Assembly (NCBI GenBank): GCA_963804995.1
Contig: CAWDSK010000005.1
Span: forward strand, 768,001 to 832,000
Direction: 5' to 3'
DNA from: an uncultured Acidobacteriota bacterium
GTDB taxonomy: Bacteria; Acidobacteriota; Terriglobia; UBA7540
Length of the DNA stretch: 64,000 bases
Shown here: positions 10,546 to 20,286 of the stretch, piece after piece
Layout: each line of letters starts with the position of its first letter
Position numbering within the stretch: the stretch's first letter is position 1
Notes under the pieces: generated by a model
The model's database searches: none
Told to the model about the DNA's origin: nothing
The model's input: the letters and a program-made list of their open reading frames with translations, nothing else
Position numbers and translations under genes: made by a program

Positions 10546-11406
10546 ATGAGAATCTTCAATTTCAAGAAACGTCTCCTAAAGAGCGTTGGGGCGTTAGCGT
10601 CGGGGGGAGTTCTCCTGGATACCCAAGTAGGAAGCCGTGCTGTCCCAACCAATGGCACCCGCCCGCGGGTTCTTGCCCTCATCGGCGACCGCTATCACAA
10701 CGCCGACTACATCCGGGTCGCCCTAAATAGACTATTCCACGAACTGAATCTCCCCATCGATTACACCATTAACTATGATCAAATCTCCGCGCGCCTTCTG
10801 GCATCCTACCACCTGTTTGTGGTTTTGCGGGATGGGATGATCTGGCCCAAGGGATATCTTGAGCCCAACGACTACGAATACTCGCACGATCTGGAGAACA
10901 ATAGGGACTGGCCGCAGGAGCAGTCCGAGCCGTGGATCACGGAGGAGCAGGGGAGGGCCATTAAAAACTTCGTGGAGGCGGGTGGGGCGCTGTACGCCTT
11001 ACACAACAGCAGTCACATTTCTCTTTCTTCCAAGGACTATCGCGCGGTGATGGGTGGGGCGTATATCGATCATCCGGCCCTGCGTCCCTTCAAGGTGTCG
11101 GTGGTGAACAAGGAGCACCCGATTACGCGGGGCGTGCAAGACTTCATCGTTAACGACGAACAACATTTCGTAACCTATGACAAGGACCCCAAGTACATTC
11201 TGTTGCAAAGCGAGAATATCGATGGCCTGACTGACATCAGCGAAGGCAAGGACCTGGGCGCCAAGGCGATTGCGGGCTGGGCATACGATTTCGGCAAGGG
11301 CCGTGTGGTCTTCACCGCCGTCGGCCATACACTGCACGCTATGTGGCAACCTGAGTATTTTAAACTTCAGAAGAACGCAGTCGGGTGGCTGCTGAGGACG
11401 GAATAG
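10546..11406 (+). CDS. ThuA-like domain protein
   Basis: Motifs FVEAGGALYALH, HPITRGV, DEQH and GKGRVVFTAVGH. Confidence 0.85.
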   Translation: MRIFNFKKRLLKSVGALASGGVLLDTQVGSRAVPTNGTRPRVLALIGDRYHNADYIRVALNRLFHELNLPIDYTINYDQISARLLASYHLFVVLRDGMIWPKGYLEPNDYEYSHDLENNRDWPQEQSEPWITEEQGRAIKNFVEAGGALYALHNSSHISLSSKDYRAVMGGAYIDHPALRPFKVSVVNKEHPITRGVQDFIVNDEQHFVTYDKDPKYILLQSENIDGLTDISEGKDLGAKAIAGWAYDFGKGRVVFTAVGHTLHAMWQPEYFKLQKNAVGWLLRTE

Positions 11407-11565
11407 CCGTGCCTTTCAGCGCATCAGAAAGTCTGGCCGACCATAGAGAACACGCTGTTGTCCAAGAACTATACCGTTCTGTTGTTTGACGTAGTTTAGT
11501 GGCAAGCCTTGGCCGCCAATGGTGCACCGTCGACTCCTCACTACGCCCGTCACCCTGGGGTGTTC

Positions 11566-12264
11566 ATGAATCTTTTCGAAAAGTTCCAATCCACGCTTCG
11601 AGGAAGACTCCTGGTGTCTTGCCAAGCCGCGGAAGACAGCGCCCTCCGGGATTCATCCACCATGGCGCGTTTCGCACGAGCCGCCGTGGAGGGTGGCGCA
11701 GTGGGGATCCGCGCCAATGGGTGTGATGATGTCCGGGCGATTCGGCAGGCCGTTAGCGTTCCAATCATCGGCATCTGGAAGGCCCAGCAGGATGACGGCG
11801 AGATTCTTATTACCCCCACTTTTGAAGCAGCGCGGCAGTTAGTTGAGGCAGGAGCAAGCCTCATTGCACTGGATTGCACGGCCAGGGGCGCAAGATACGG
11901 GGCCTTGGAAAGACTCCGACAGATCAAGGAGGAACTTGGAGTTCCGGTTCTTGCCGACATCGCCACGGTTGACGAGGCGGGTCGGGCAGCGGAAGCAGGC
12001 GCCGACGCAGTTCTCTCCACACTGCGGGGTTACACGCGGGAAACCAGCTACGTAAAAACTTTCGAGCCGGCCTTCATTGCGGAGCTCGTTCATGCTGTGA
12101 GCGTGCCGGTAATTGCCGAGGGCCACATCCAGACTCCCCAGGAGCTTTGTGCCGCACTTGATGCCGGGGCCTTCGCGATCATTGTGGGAACTGCCATCAC
12201 CCGGCCGGAGGTGATCACTCGAGGATTCGTCTCGGCCCTCGAGAACTTGGTGCCGCCGTCATGA
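11566..12264 (+). CDS. nanE: N-acetylmannosamine-6-phosphate 2-epimerase (probably fused to the downstream ROK kinase)
   Basis: Motifs LLVSCQA, GIRANG, PIIGIWK, ITPT, STLRGYT, IAEG and VGTAITRP. Confidence 0.9.
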   Translation: MNLFEKFQSTLRGRLLVSCQAAEDSALRDSSTMARFARAAVEGGAVGIRANGCDDVRAIRQAVSVPIIGIWKAQQDDGEILITPTFEAARQLVEAGASLIALDCTARGARYGALERLRQIKEELGVPVLADIATVDEAGRAAEAGADAVLSTLRGYTRETSYVKTFEPAFIAELVHAVSVPVIAEGHIQTPQELCAALDAGAFAIIVGTAITRPEVITRGFVSALENLVPPS

Positions 12265-12280
12265 CCCCCAGGGCGTTTTC

Positions 12281-13198
12281 GTGGGCATCGACCTGGGGGG
12301 GACCAATACCAAGTACGGCCTCGTCACCTGTCAGGGGGAGTTACTCTTCCACTCGAAAGCTCCCACCCCCTGGAAAGGTGGGCGGGACGCATTGCTATCC
12401 CACCTGCGCGAGATAGTCTCCGCCTGCCTGGAGGAGACTCGCCGCCGGGCCCTAAAGGTCGAGGCCATAGGCCTTGCCACCGCCGGCTGGGTTGATCCGG
12501 GATCGGGCCAGGTTGTCTACGCGACTGAAAACCTCCCCGGCTGGACGGGCTCGAACCCCGGCGCTTTCCTGCACGAGGCGTTTGGTCTTCCCGTGGCGGT
12601 GGAGAACGACGCGAATGCGCTCGCGGTTGCCGAAAAGCACTTCGGTGCGGCGAAAGCTATCTCCGACTTTGTATGTATCACGCTGGGCACTGGAGTGGGC
12701 GGCGGTTGTTACGTCGGTGGCCGGCTTAACCGTGGCCCTCATTTCTTTGCCAATGCCCTGGGTCATATCCCCATTGAGCCAGAGGGAAGGCCCTGCACGT
12801 GCGGCCTGGCCGGGTGTCTGGAACAATACACGAACGCTTCGGCGCTTGTGGGCTATGCGACTTCCGGAAATTACACCTCAGGGGAGCAGGTCATCGCGGC
12901 GGCTAATGCGGGAGATCCTAGTGCCCGGCAAGCGATTCACACCTATGCAAAATATCTGGCGGTCGGGTGTGCAGCCATCGTGAGCCTGCTGGACCCGGAA
13001 CTGCTGATTCTGGCGGGCGGCCTCGCGCAGAACAATCCAATCCTTTTGAGCGCTCTCACCGCTGAGCTGGCCAAACGAGTTACGGTATGGCAACAACGCA
13101 AGCTGCGAGTGGAATTCTCTTCGCTCGGCTACGAGGCTGGAGTGCTCGGCGCCGCGGCTGTGGCCTCAGATGGACTTGCGGAGAGCAAGGAACCTTGA
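12281..13198 (+). CDS. ROK family sugar kinase (NanK/glucokinase-like)
   Basis: Motifs GIDLGGT, ENDANA, TLGTGVGGG and the Zn motif GH...CTCGLAGCLE. No independent RBS, so the start is uncertain. Confidence 0.88.
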   Translation: MGIDLGGTNTKYGLVTCQGELLFHSKAPTPWKGGRDALLSHLREIVSACLEETRRRALKVEAIGLATAGWVDPGSGQVVYATENLPGWTGSNPGAFLHEAFGLPVAVENDANALAVAEKHFGAAKAISDFVCITLGTGVGGGCYVGGRLNRGPHFFANALGHIPIEPEGRPCTCGLAGCLEQYTNASALVGYATSGNYTSGEQVIAAANAGDPSARQAIHTYAKYLAVGCAAIVSLLDPELLILAGGLAQNNPILLSALTAELAKRVTVWQQRKLRVEFSSLGYEAGVLGAAAVASDGLAESKEP

Positions 13199-13223
13199 CC
13201 CGGACCCGTAGCGGGCAGCCGCC

Positions 13224-14192
13224 TCAAAACCCGTAGAGCCGGGCCGGGTTGTCCACAAGAATCCTTTTGCGGACCGCCGGGTCGGGCGCCCAAACCACGA
13301 GTTGGTTGAGAAGGCGCCCGTCGTCGATTTGGAACACCGGCGTCACGTCGGTTGCCTTGCCGCCGGGAGGGGGATGGGGGTTGGGATGAGGCCAGTCTGT
13401 GCCCCAAAGAACGCGATCAGCATTGGCCGCGATCAGGGCCCTTGCGAATGGCGCCACATCCGCATAATCCGGCGCCTGCTTCGACGAGCGATACGCGGCG
13501 GAGATTTTCACGTAAGCCTTGCCTGAGCGGACGAGTTCGACCAGGTCCGCGAACCCCGGCTGCTCAAGTCCCAGTCCCGCCTGCGCCCCACCAAAATGAT
13601 CGAACACTACGGGAACCGGTGAGTCCCGAACCTCCTCCTTGATGCCTGAGACGACGGCCAAAGTCCCATAGATTTGGACATGCCATTGACGGCTCTTCAT
13701 GCGGTCGGCGGCCATCCGGAACTGCCGTCGAGCGACAACGGTGTCAAGCTGGTGGGAGGTGACGAGGTTAAGGCGGATGCCTCGTATCCCCGCCGCAGCC
13801 ATCGCGTCGAGATCGCTTTCCCGCGTCTTATCGTCTATGACCGCCACGCCACGGGCTTGCGCACCGCGCGCCTTCATGCCGAACAGCGTGGTTGAGTTGT
13901 CCGGCCCGTAGACACTCGGCGTCACGATCACGACCCGGTCAATATGCAAGGCTCGATGGAGCGCTGACATCTCCTCCGGTAACGCCATCTCCTCGGGTGT
14001 ATAGACACGGCCCGGCCAGTAAGGGAACTGGCGAGGGTCGCCGAAAATGTGCGTGTGGGAGTCGCAGGCGTTTGCCGGGACGTCAAACTTCACCGCCGTA
14101 GCCGGCTGGGACGCCTTCGCGAAGCTTGCCCGGCCGCCGCCCAAAGCTCCTGCCGCCAAAGCTCCGATCAACGCCTCGCGTCTGGTTAGCAT
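13224..14192 (-). CDS. Amidohydrolase_2 family lactonase (LigI-like) with Tat signal
   Basis: Motifs TRREAL, CDSHTH, GIRLN, FDHFG, YVKISA and WGTDWPH. Confidence 0.88.
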   Translation of the reverse strand: MLTRREALIGALAAGALGGGRASFAKASQPATAVKFDVPANACDSHTHIFGDPRQFPYWPGRVYTPEEMALPEEMSALHRALHIDRVVIVTPSVYGPDNSTTLFGMKARGAQARGVAVIDDKTRESDLDAMAAAGIRGIRLNLVTSHQLDTVVARRQFRMAADRMKSRQWHVQIYGTLAVVSGIKEEVRDSPVPVVFDHFGGAQAGLGLEQPGFADLVELVRSGKAYVKISAAYRSSKQAPDYADVAPFARALIAANADRVLWGTDWPHPNPHPPPGGKATDVTPVFQIDDGRLLNQLVVWAPDPAVRKRILVDNPARLYGF

Positions 14193-14227
14193 GATTTCCT
14201 CCGGTGCGAAATCCCCTGGGAAGCGGC

Positions 14228-15667
14228 CTAATGCCGTTGCATATAGACCGTGTGTGTTTGCATGAATTCATAGAGGCCGTGTTTGCCATCCGCGCCACCG
14301 ATCCCACTCTTACGCCAGCCGGCGTGGAACCCCTGCATCGCTTCAAAGTTCTCACGGTTGACATAAGTCTCACCGAAGCGCAGCTCCTGACACGCTTTCA
14401 GCGCGACGTTGATGTCTCGAGTGTAGATCGACGAGGTAAGTCCATAATCGGAATCGTTGGCGTAGGTAATGGCCTCATCAAGATCATTGAACTTCACAAT
14501 GGGCACCACCGGACCGAATATCTCGCGATGGATGATTTCCATGTCTTGACGGCAATCGCTCAAGACCGTCGGTTCGTAGTAATATCCGCCCTCACCAGGA
14601 GCGCGCTTGCCGCCCGTCGCGACAGTGGCGCCCGCTTGGACGGCGCCGCGGACGAGGGTGTCGACCTTGCGGTACCCGGCTTCGTTGATGAGCGGTCCAT
14701 AATCAACGGTCTCGTCGACCAGCGGATTTCCAAAGCGCGTTCGCTTCATGGCGGCGGTAAGTTTATCTACAAACTGATCGGCAACACTGCTCTGCACGTA
14801 GACTCGTTCGGCGCAGTTGCAGACCTGGCCGCTATTGATGACCCGGGAAGCTTTGATTGCTTCCACGGCCTGATTGATGTCGGCATCGGCCATAACCAGG
14901 GCGGGCGCCTTTCCCCCCAATTCCAGATTCACCTTTGTAATGTTGGGCGCGGCTGCTGCCATGATTGCCGAACCTGTCTCCACGCTGCCCGTGAAGCTGA
15001 CCAGGCCAAGGCGTGGTGAACCGGCAAGGGCCTTACCCACGGAAGGGCCACGGCCGTGGACAACATTGAAAACTCCGGCGGGCAAGTCGGTCTGCGCCAC
15101 CATCTCGCAGAACTTTACCGCATTATGAGGAGTCTCCTCGCTGGGCTTGACCACGATGCTGTTACCCGTCACGAGGGCGGGAGCAGCCTTGCGCGCGATG
15201 AGGAAGAAAGGGAAATTCCAGGGAAGAATGCCGCCGACCACGCCAATCGGATGACGGAAGAGGAATATCGTCTCGCCTTGCCGGTCGCTCTCCAGGATTT
15301 CGCCCTCAATGCGCCGCGCCCACTCCGCCGTGTAATCGAGATAGTCGGCGGTAAAGTTTACTTCGACGCGCGCCAGTGAGAGCGGTTTACCCTGCTCTTC
15401 CGTAATGATGTGGGCGAGCGATTCGACATTCTGGCGAATCCTTTCGGCAATAGCACGGAGGGCCTTTGCACGTGCAATGGCCGGACGCTTTGCCCAGTTT
15501 CGTTGGGCCGTCTCGGCGGCCGAAACCGCCGTCTCAACATCCGCGCCAGCACTTTCGGGGACAGTGCAAATGAGTTCGCCGGTGGAGGGATTGCGTACCT
15601 CTACGCGATCAGTCCCGGCCGAAGGAACGAACTTACCGTTAATGAAATTATCGTAGTCTGGCATCAT
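14228..15667 (-). CDS. aldA: Aldehyde dehydrogenase (lactaldehyde dehydrogenase AldA-like)
   Basis: Motifs PWNFP, FTGS, LELGGKAP, INSGQVCNCAERVYV, EIFGP and ENFEAMQGFHAGWRKSG. Confidence 0.9.
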   Translation of the reverse strand: MMPDYDNFINGKFVPSAGTDRVEVRNPSTGELICTVPESAGADVETAVSAAETAQRNWAKRPAIARAKALRAIAERIRQNVESLAHIITEEQGKPLSLARVEVNFTADYLDYTAEWARRIEGEILESDRQGETIFLFRHPIGVVGGILPWNFPFFLIARKAAPALVTGNSIVVKPSEETPHNAVKFCEMVAQTDLPAGVFNVVHGRGPSVGKALAGSPRLGLVSFTGSVETGSAIMAAAAPNITKVNLELGGKAPALVMADADINQAVEAIKASRVINSGQVCNCAERVYVQSSVADQFVDKLTAAMKRTRFGNPLVDETVDYGPLINEAGYRKVDTLVRGAVQAGATVATGGKRAPGEGGYYYEPTVLSDCRQDMEIIHREIFGPVVPIVKFNDLDEAITYANDSDYGLTSSIYTRDINVALKACQELRFGETYVNRENFEAMQGFHAGWRKSGIGGADGKHGLYEFMQTHTVYMQRH

Positions 15668-15746
15668 GCTCTCCTTAAGATCAGAATCCAATTCGTTTCA
15701 ATCTCTGTATGTACTTTGCAGGCCGAAGAATCTATTCCAAAGGCCG

Positions 15747-17492
15747 TCAGGGCTTTACACGCACAACATGCAACAGCCAATCTTTATAGTGGGGAAATTT
15801 CGGAAACTCCTCGTCCGCGTGGAACTCCCGCAGCGCGCCGCCCGGAACCGTCCCGCTACTCCGTTCCTTTCCCTCGGCCAGATCGATCCAGGTATATCGA
15901 AATGTGTCGCTCTCCGCGGAGGGCCGCAGGTCCACGTTCACCTTGCCTCCCCACCTGAGATAAGCGACGTATTCCTGTCCCGGGACGGCGGCGCAGAACT
16001 TGGGATTGTAGTCAGACAGCAGCTCCGGATGCGGCTCCAGGGTCCACCACTTAATGCTCCTTAAGAAATGCGCCAGGAAGCTCATAGAGACCGCGCCCGG
16101 GTAGTCGAGCGTATCGTTTTCGTAGCCCGCCTCATGCGGCCAGGGGTCCTGCTTGGCTGGCGCTTCCGGCACGTCGGCCCACCACACGTGACCACCTCCG
16201 TAAGTGTGCCCCGCCGCGCCGGAGAGCAACGCGGACCACGCTCCGAAGCGGATATCCTACGCGGCCGGATTGCCCCGCGTGAACTCGTACCAGGGCTCCG
16301 TCACCACGATGGGCTTGGCGGGTGTGCGGGCATAGTCCGCAGCGACCACCAGCGGAATCAGCTCATTCGCCCACTTGTCATGGCCCACCTGGCTTTGGTT
16401 GTAATCGAGCCACGGTTCGTTGTGGAGCACCGCGCCGGTCGACCACTGTGGGGCCTCTATGCCACCCCGCCAACTGGGAGGCGTGGGGTGCGCTCCGATG
16501 ATGCGCTGATAGGGGTCCTCGCGGCGGATCATGGCGCCCAGTTCTTTCCAGAACGGCAGGCCCATACCGCCGTAGTTGTTCATGTTGTATTCGCCCGCCA
16601 GCACCCAGATGACATTGTACGCCCCCAGCCGGTGGATGACGTAACGCCACCAGCGGCGGACTTTCTCCGGTCCGGCAGTCTCGTTTAGGCCCTTGCGGCT
16701 CCACCAGGCGTGAATCCAGACGGTAATGCCCTTGCTGTTGGCATAGGCGATGAACTGTTCGACCTGGCGGATCTGCTCGAGGTCAGGGGCCTCGTGCTTC
16801 ACATCCAGCAGCCACCCTTGCCCTGAGAAGTACATCTGGCCGACGGAGAAACCCTTCGCCGCACGGTCGTCGGCCAGCTTCTTGAAGCTGGAAAACAAGA
16901 TGCCCTTCTTCGACCAGGCCCACCACGTGTCGCCGACCCACAAGAATGGCGTGCCGTCGGCATATTCGAAATAGCGGCCGGGCCGGGGGCCGCCTTGGGC
17001 CACGTGCACGAATCCATGCCGAGAGGGATTAGCCTCGAGCCCGGCAGCCGTCCACGGCGTCGCGCGGAGCGTGCCCTTTACGCCGTCGAGTCCAGCGTCG
17101 GTCGAGGCGCTGACATAGGACCACTCCCCCGGGGCTGGCGGCGCAAAGCGGACCTTCCAGGTCTGGCCTCCATCCCAGAAACCGGCGAGGGTGTAGCGCC
17201 GTCCTTGCGCTTCGCCACTCATCCCGGAAAAGGTGACCCGCACCAGTGGCGGGCCATTCGGGGGAAGGCCATCGACATAGGCATTGGCGTACGCGTTGCG
17301 GGCGGTCAGGCTAATTTCGAAGACTTCCCACTGGCCCACCGTCTGCTCCGCGGCCGGAGCAGCCGCCAGTGAGAATCGGGCAGCAAGCAGCGAGAATAGA
17401 AGCGCCAAAAACACTTTCCGAATTTGCCGAGCAGAAGCCTGCGATTTCAGGGTTTGGAAAAATCCGTAAAATGACGAGCGCTGGATGGCCAT
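15747..17492 (-). pseudogene. DUF5060/DUF4038 (apiosidase-like) glycoside hydrolase with C-terminal collagen-binding-like domain; in-frame TAG at 16257-16259
   Basis: Motifs GFWDGGQTWKVRF, DGTPFLWVGDT, WVLAGEY, NQSQVGH and VTEPWYE. The sequence reads NPAA*DIRFGAWSALLSGAAGHTYG across two same-frame ORFs. Confidence 0.78.
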
Positions 17493-17807
17493 ATTCCGAA
17501 CCTCCATGAGAGCAGCTCTTACCAAACGGCCGTCGCCTTAGTCCGAATGCGAGAAGAGAATACCCCAAAAGGGAAGCGTCTGCCTTCCCAGAATTTGCGC
17601 CCGTGCGTGGCAGATTCATGTACGCGCCGGTTGGCCATCGGCTGTAGACTGTGCAGGCGCCACACCGGCTGCGGGTCGGCTTGCAGCCGGCGAAGCGACG
17701 GCGCTTCTGTGATTACCAGACCAGGCTCTGGCATGCAAAGGTGGACTTTACCAAAGCATCGAGCCTGGAGACATGCTGGTTCAGGATTTAAGGTTGCGGA
17801 GATTAAT

Positions 17808-20192
17808 ATGCCGAAAAAATTGACAACTGGTATTTTGCTCATCGCGAGTATGTTCTGTGCATCCCTCCTTTTTGCAAAAGAGCCCGGCAGGACATATTCC
17901 CTACAAAATAAATTTGGCATTTCTGTTTCGGTTGAACCGGATGCAGGTCGTTATGACGTGAGATACAACGGGCAATCCTGGTTTGGCCCAGGGATCGTGA
18001 GCGTCCTGGCGAACAAGCGCTGGTACCGAAGTCGCGATGTGAATTTCCCGGAAGCCGCTGCTTACGGTCAGCCCTCGGGCAGGCTGACTCTCGAAGACGC
18101 CAAGAGTGCTTCCGGAACGGATCGCTGGGGAGAGTACGGAACTGTTGATTTGAGCTGGGGAGTGCCTGGCTCGGAGATAGTCCTGGGGACTGAATTCCGG
18201 CTCTATCGTGAGCATCCTTTTTTGGTATTCGTTCAAAAATTCCCCAAGGGCTTCAAGAACTACGCCAGCGGGAACTGGATCATTCCCTCGGTGGCCTTCC
18301 CGCAATTCCTGACGATGTTTGATGATCGAAATGATCTTTATTCCTGGACCAGCGGCGGGATGTTTACCCACCGGTTCAGTTATGGAGCGGCCTCCAGCCT
18401 GGGAGGGACGGTCGATCTATTGCTGCTGACCGACAGAGACTACTCCACGGCCATTCTTTCGCCTTTTGCCAATTATCTGGTGGCCACACAACAGAGCCAG
18501 CCGGCGGCCTCGCGGGATGAGACGAATCCGAACAAGCTGGCCATCAGTTGTGGCATCGAAGGATTGGTGGAAGAGATTCCCGCTGGATTCGAGCATGCTC
18601 ATCTTCTCGTGGTGGGCCAGGGAGTCGGGAAGACGTTTCAATCGTGGGGCGAGGCGCTGCTGGAGCGGGCGAGTAAAAAGATTCCGTCCAAATACGAAGG
18701 CGAGACCCTGAAGTACCCCGTGTATTGGGATGACTACGGCGCCTACTATCGCGAGCATGGTTTCAAGGAAGAAGGATATAAGTCATACGAGGACATCGTC
18801 CTGGGAATAGCTGAGGACGCCAAGAAACACGGGTTGCGGTTCGGCGCCTACGCGGTTCAAGACGAGGACCAATTACACGACCATGAGGGGTTATTTGAGC
18901 CCAGGGATGACTTCTTTCCGCATGGTCTCGCCTGGCTGCGTGAAAAGCTGGGCGTCCCGCTTGAGGCTTATTACTGTTGGTTGGCTCCCAAGGGGCCGTA
19001 TCCAAATGAATATCCCCATTTCACCACTCCGTCCGGTCGGACACCCGGCGACGGCATGGGAGATGTCTATTACTCGCTCGACTATTGGAAGCATACAGCC
19101 GATAAGGTGGCTTCCTGGGGAGACATCTTGCTTCAGCACGATTACCTGAGTGTCTACGAAGGTGATCCGGTGATGATGGCTGGCATCAATCGCATGGACA
19201 CTTACTTCAAGAACATGGCCAAGGCTCTGCAGGCCAAGGGCCTCACCATGCAGTACTGTATGCAACTTCCGCGCAACATTATGGAATCGACCGAAAACCC
19301 GATAGTGGTGTCGGTCCAGGGTTCTTGGGATCACCATATTCCCACCCCCGGACAGGACAACGATCCCTATGTCTGGAAACACTTGATTTTCGCCAGTGCA
19401 TTTTATGGGGCGGTGGGGATTTGGCCCTCGCGGGATAACATTCAGACCATGGCCGATGCCAATGCTTTCGAGGACGTGCTGCTGGCCAACTTGCTGGGGG
19501 GCGAAATCCAATTAGGCCACAGGATTGGGGAGTGCAATTTCGGCCTGGTGCGCAAAACCTACCGGGAAGGCGATGGCCTGGTCCTGAAAGCCGACCGCCC
19601 CATCATGCCCCTGGACCGGTGTTATTTAGAGGGTTGCGCGGTGGGTTACACAACCTCGCAGCGGAACGGTCAGACGTGGTTCTATGTGCTGAGTCTTCCC
19701 AGGGCAGGCTATCTCGGCGCCTTCAGCATCTCGGACCTGGGGCCAGGGGGGCGCTGGATGGTCTACAACTTTGATACCGGCCAGGGGTCGATCGTGGATT
19801 CGTCGACGCCGATCCCCCTGCGGCGGGAAGCCAAGCACGAATACTTTGTGGTTGCGCCGCTGCTGGCGAATGGCATGGCGATAATCGGGGATACGGAGAA
19901 GTTTGTGACGATGGGGGAAATGCGGGTGGCCTCGGTGGAAGCGACAGGGGATGGCGTACGGGTAGGGGTGATATCGAACCAGGAATGGAATCCAGTGACG
20001 GTGGGCTATGCGGAGACGCGACCAGCGGGAGTGGAAGCAGGGAACACGAAGCTGGAGGAAGTGGTGAGCCGGGATCAACTGAAGGGGGCAAAGGCGGGGT
20101 GGTTCTGGGATCATCAGACGAAGCTCTGGTATGTGAAGGTGGATTTTGCCGGAGCTGCCAACATGGAAACCCGGTTTTTCAGCATCCGTTGA
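17808..20192 (+). CDS. Secreted hypothetical protein, probable clan GH-D-like glycoside hydrolase
   Basis: Signal peptide MPKKLTTGILLIAS. Segments YWDDYGAYY, QHDYL, MQYCM and LLGGEIQLG..NFGLVRK...DGLVLKADRP recall the GH36/Sip1 C-terminus. Confidence 0.6.
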   Translation: MPKKLTTGILLIASMFCASLLFAKEPGRTYSLQNKFGISVSVEPDAGRYDVRYNGQSWFGPGIVSVLANKRWYRSRDVNFPEAAAYGQPSGRLTLEDAKSASGTDRWGEYGTVDLSWGVPGSEIVLGTEFRLYREHPFLVFVQKFPKGFKNYASGNWIIPSVAFPQFLTMFDDRNDLYSWTSGGMFTHRFSYGAASSLGGTVDLLLLTDRDYSTAILSPFANYLVATQQSQPAASRDETNPNKLAISCGIEGLVEEIPAGFEHAHLLVVGQGVGKTFQSWGEALLERASKKIPSKYEGETLKYPVYWDDYGAYYREHGFKEEGYKSYEDIVLGIAEDAKKHGLRFGAYAVQDEDQLHDHEGLFEPRDDFFPHGLAWLREKLGVPLEAYYCWLAPKGPYPNEYPHFTTPSGRTPGDGMGDVYYSLDYWKHTADKVASWGDILLQHDYLSVYEGDPVMMAGINRMDTYFKNMAKALQAKGLTMQYCMQLPRNIMESTENPIVVSVQGSWDHHIPTPGQDNDPYVWKHLIFASAFYGAVGIWPSRDNIQTMADANAFEDVLLANLLGGEIQLGHRIGECNFGLVRKTYREGDGLVLKADRPIMPLDRCYLEGCAVGYTTSQRNGQTWFYVLSLPRAGYLGAFSISDLGPGGRWMVYNFDTGQGSIVDSSTPIPLRREAKHEYFVVAPLLANGMAIIGDTEKFVTMGEMRVASVEATGDGVRVGVISNQEWNPVTVGYAETRPAGVEAGNTKLEEVVSRDQLKGAKAGWFWDHQTKLWYVKVDFAGAANMETRFFSIR

Positions 20193-20286
20193 TATCTTTG
20201 CCCAATGCTGCGGAGGCGGAGATTGGCCTCCAGAGAAGCAAAACTCGATCGAGAAGGGAAGGAGATCCCATTCGGGAGGGAGTGTC

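Noticed and set aside
4719..16259. Selenocysteine, pyrrolysine or genetic-code reassignment as the explanation for the in-frame TGA and TAG
   Set aside because: The TGA replaces a conserved Arg, not a Cys. Many genes in the window end normally at TGA and TAG, and no sel or pyl genes are seen.
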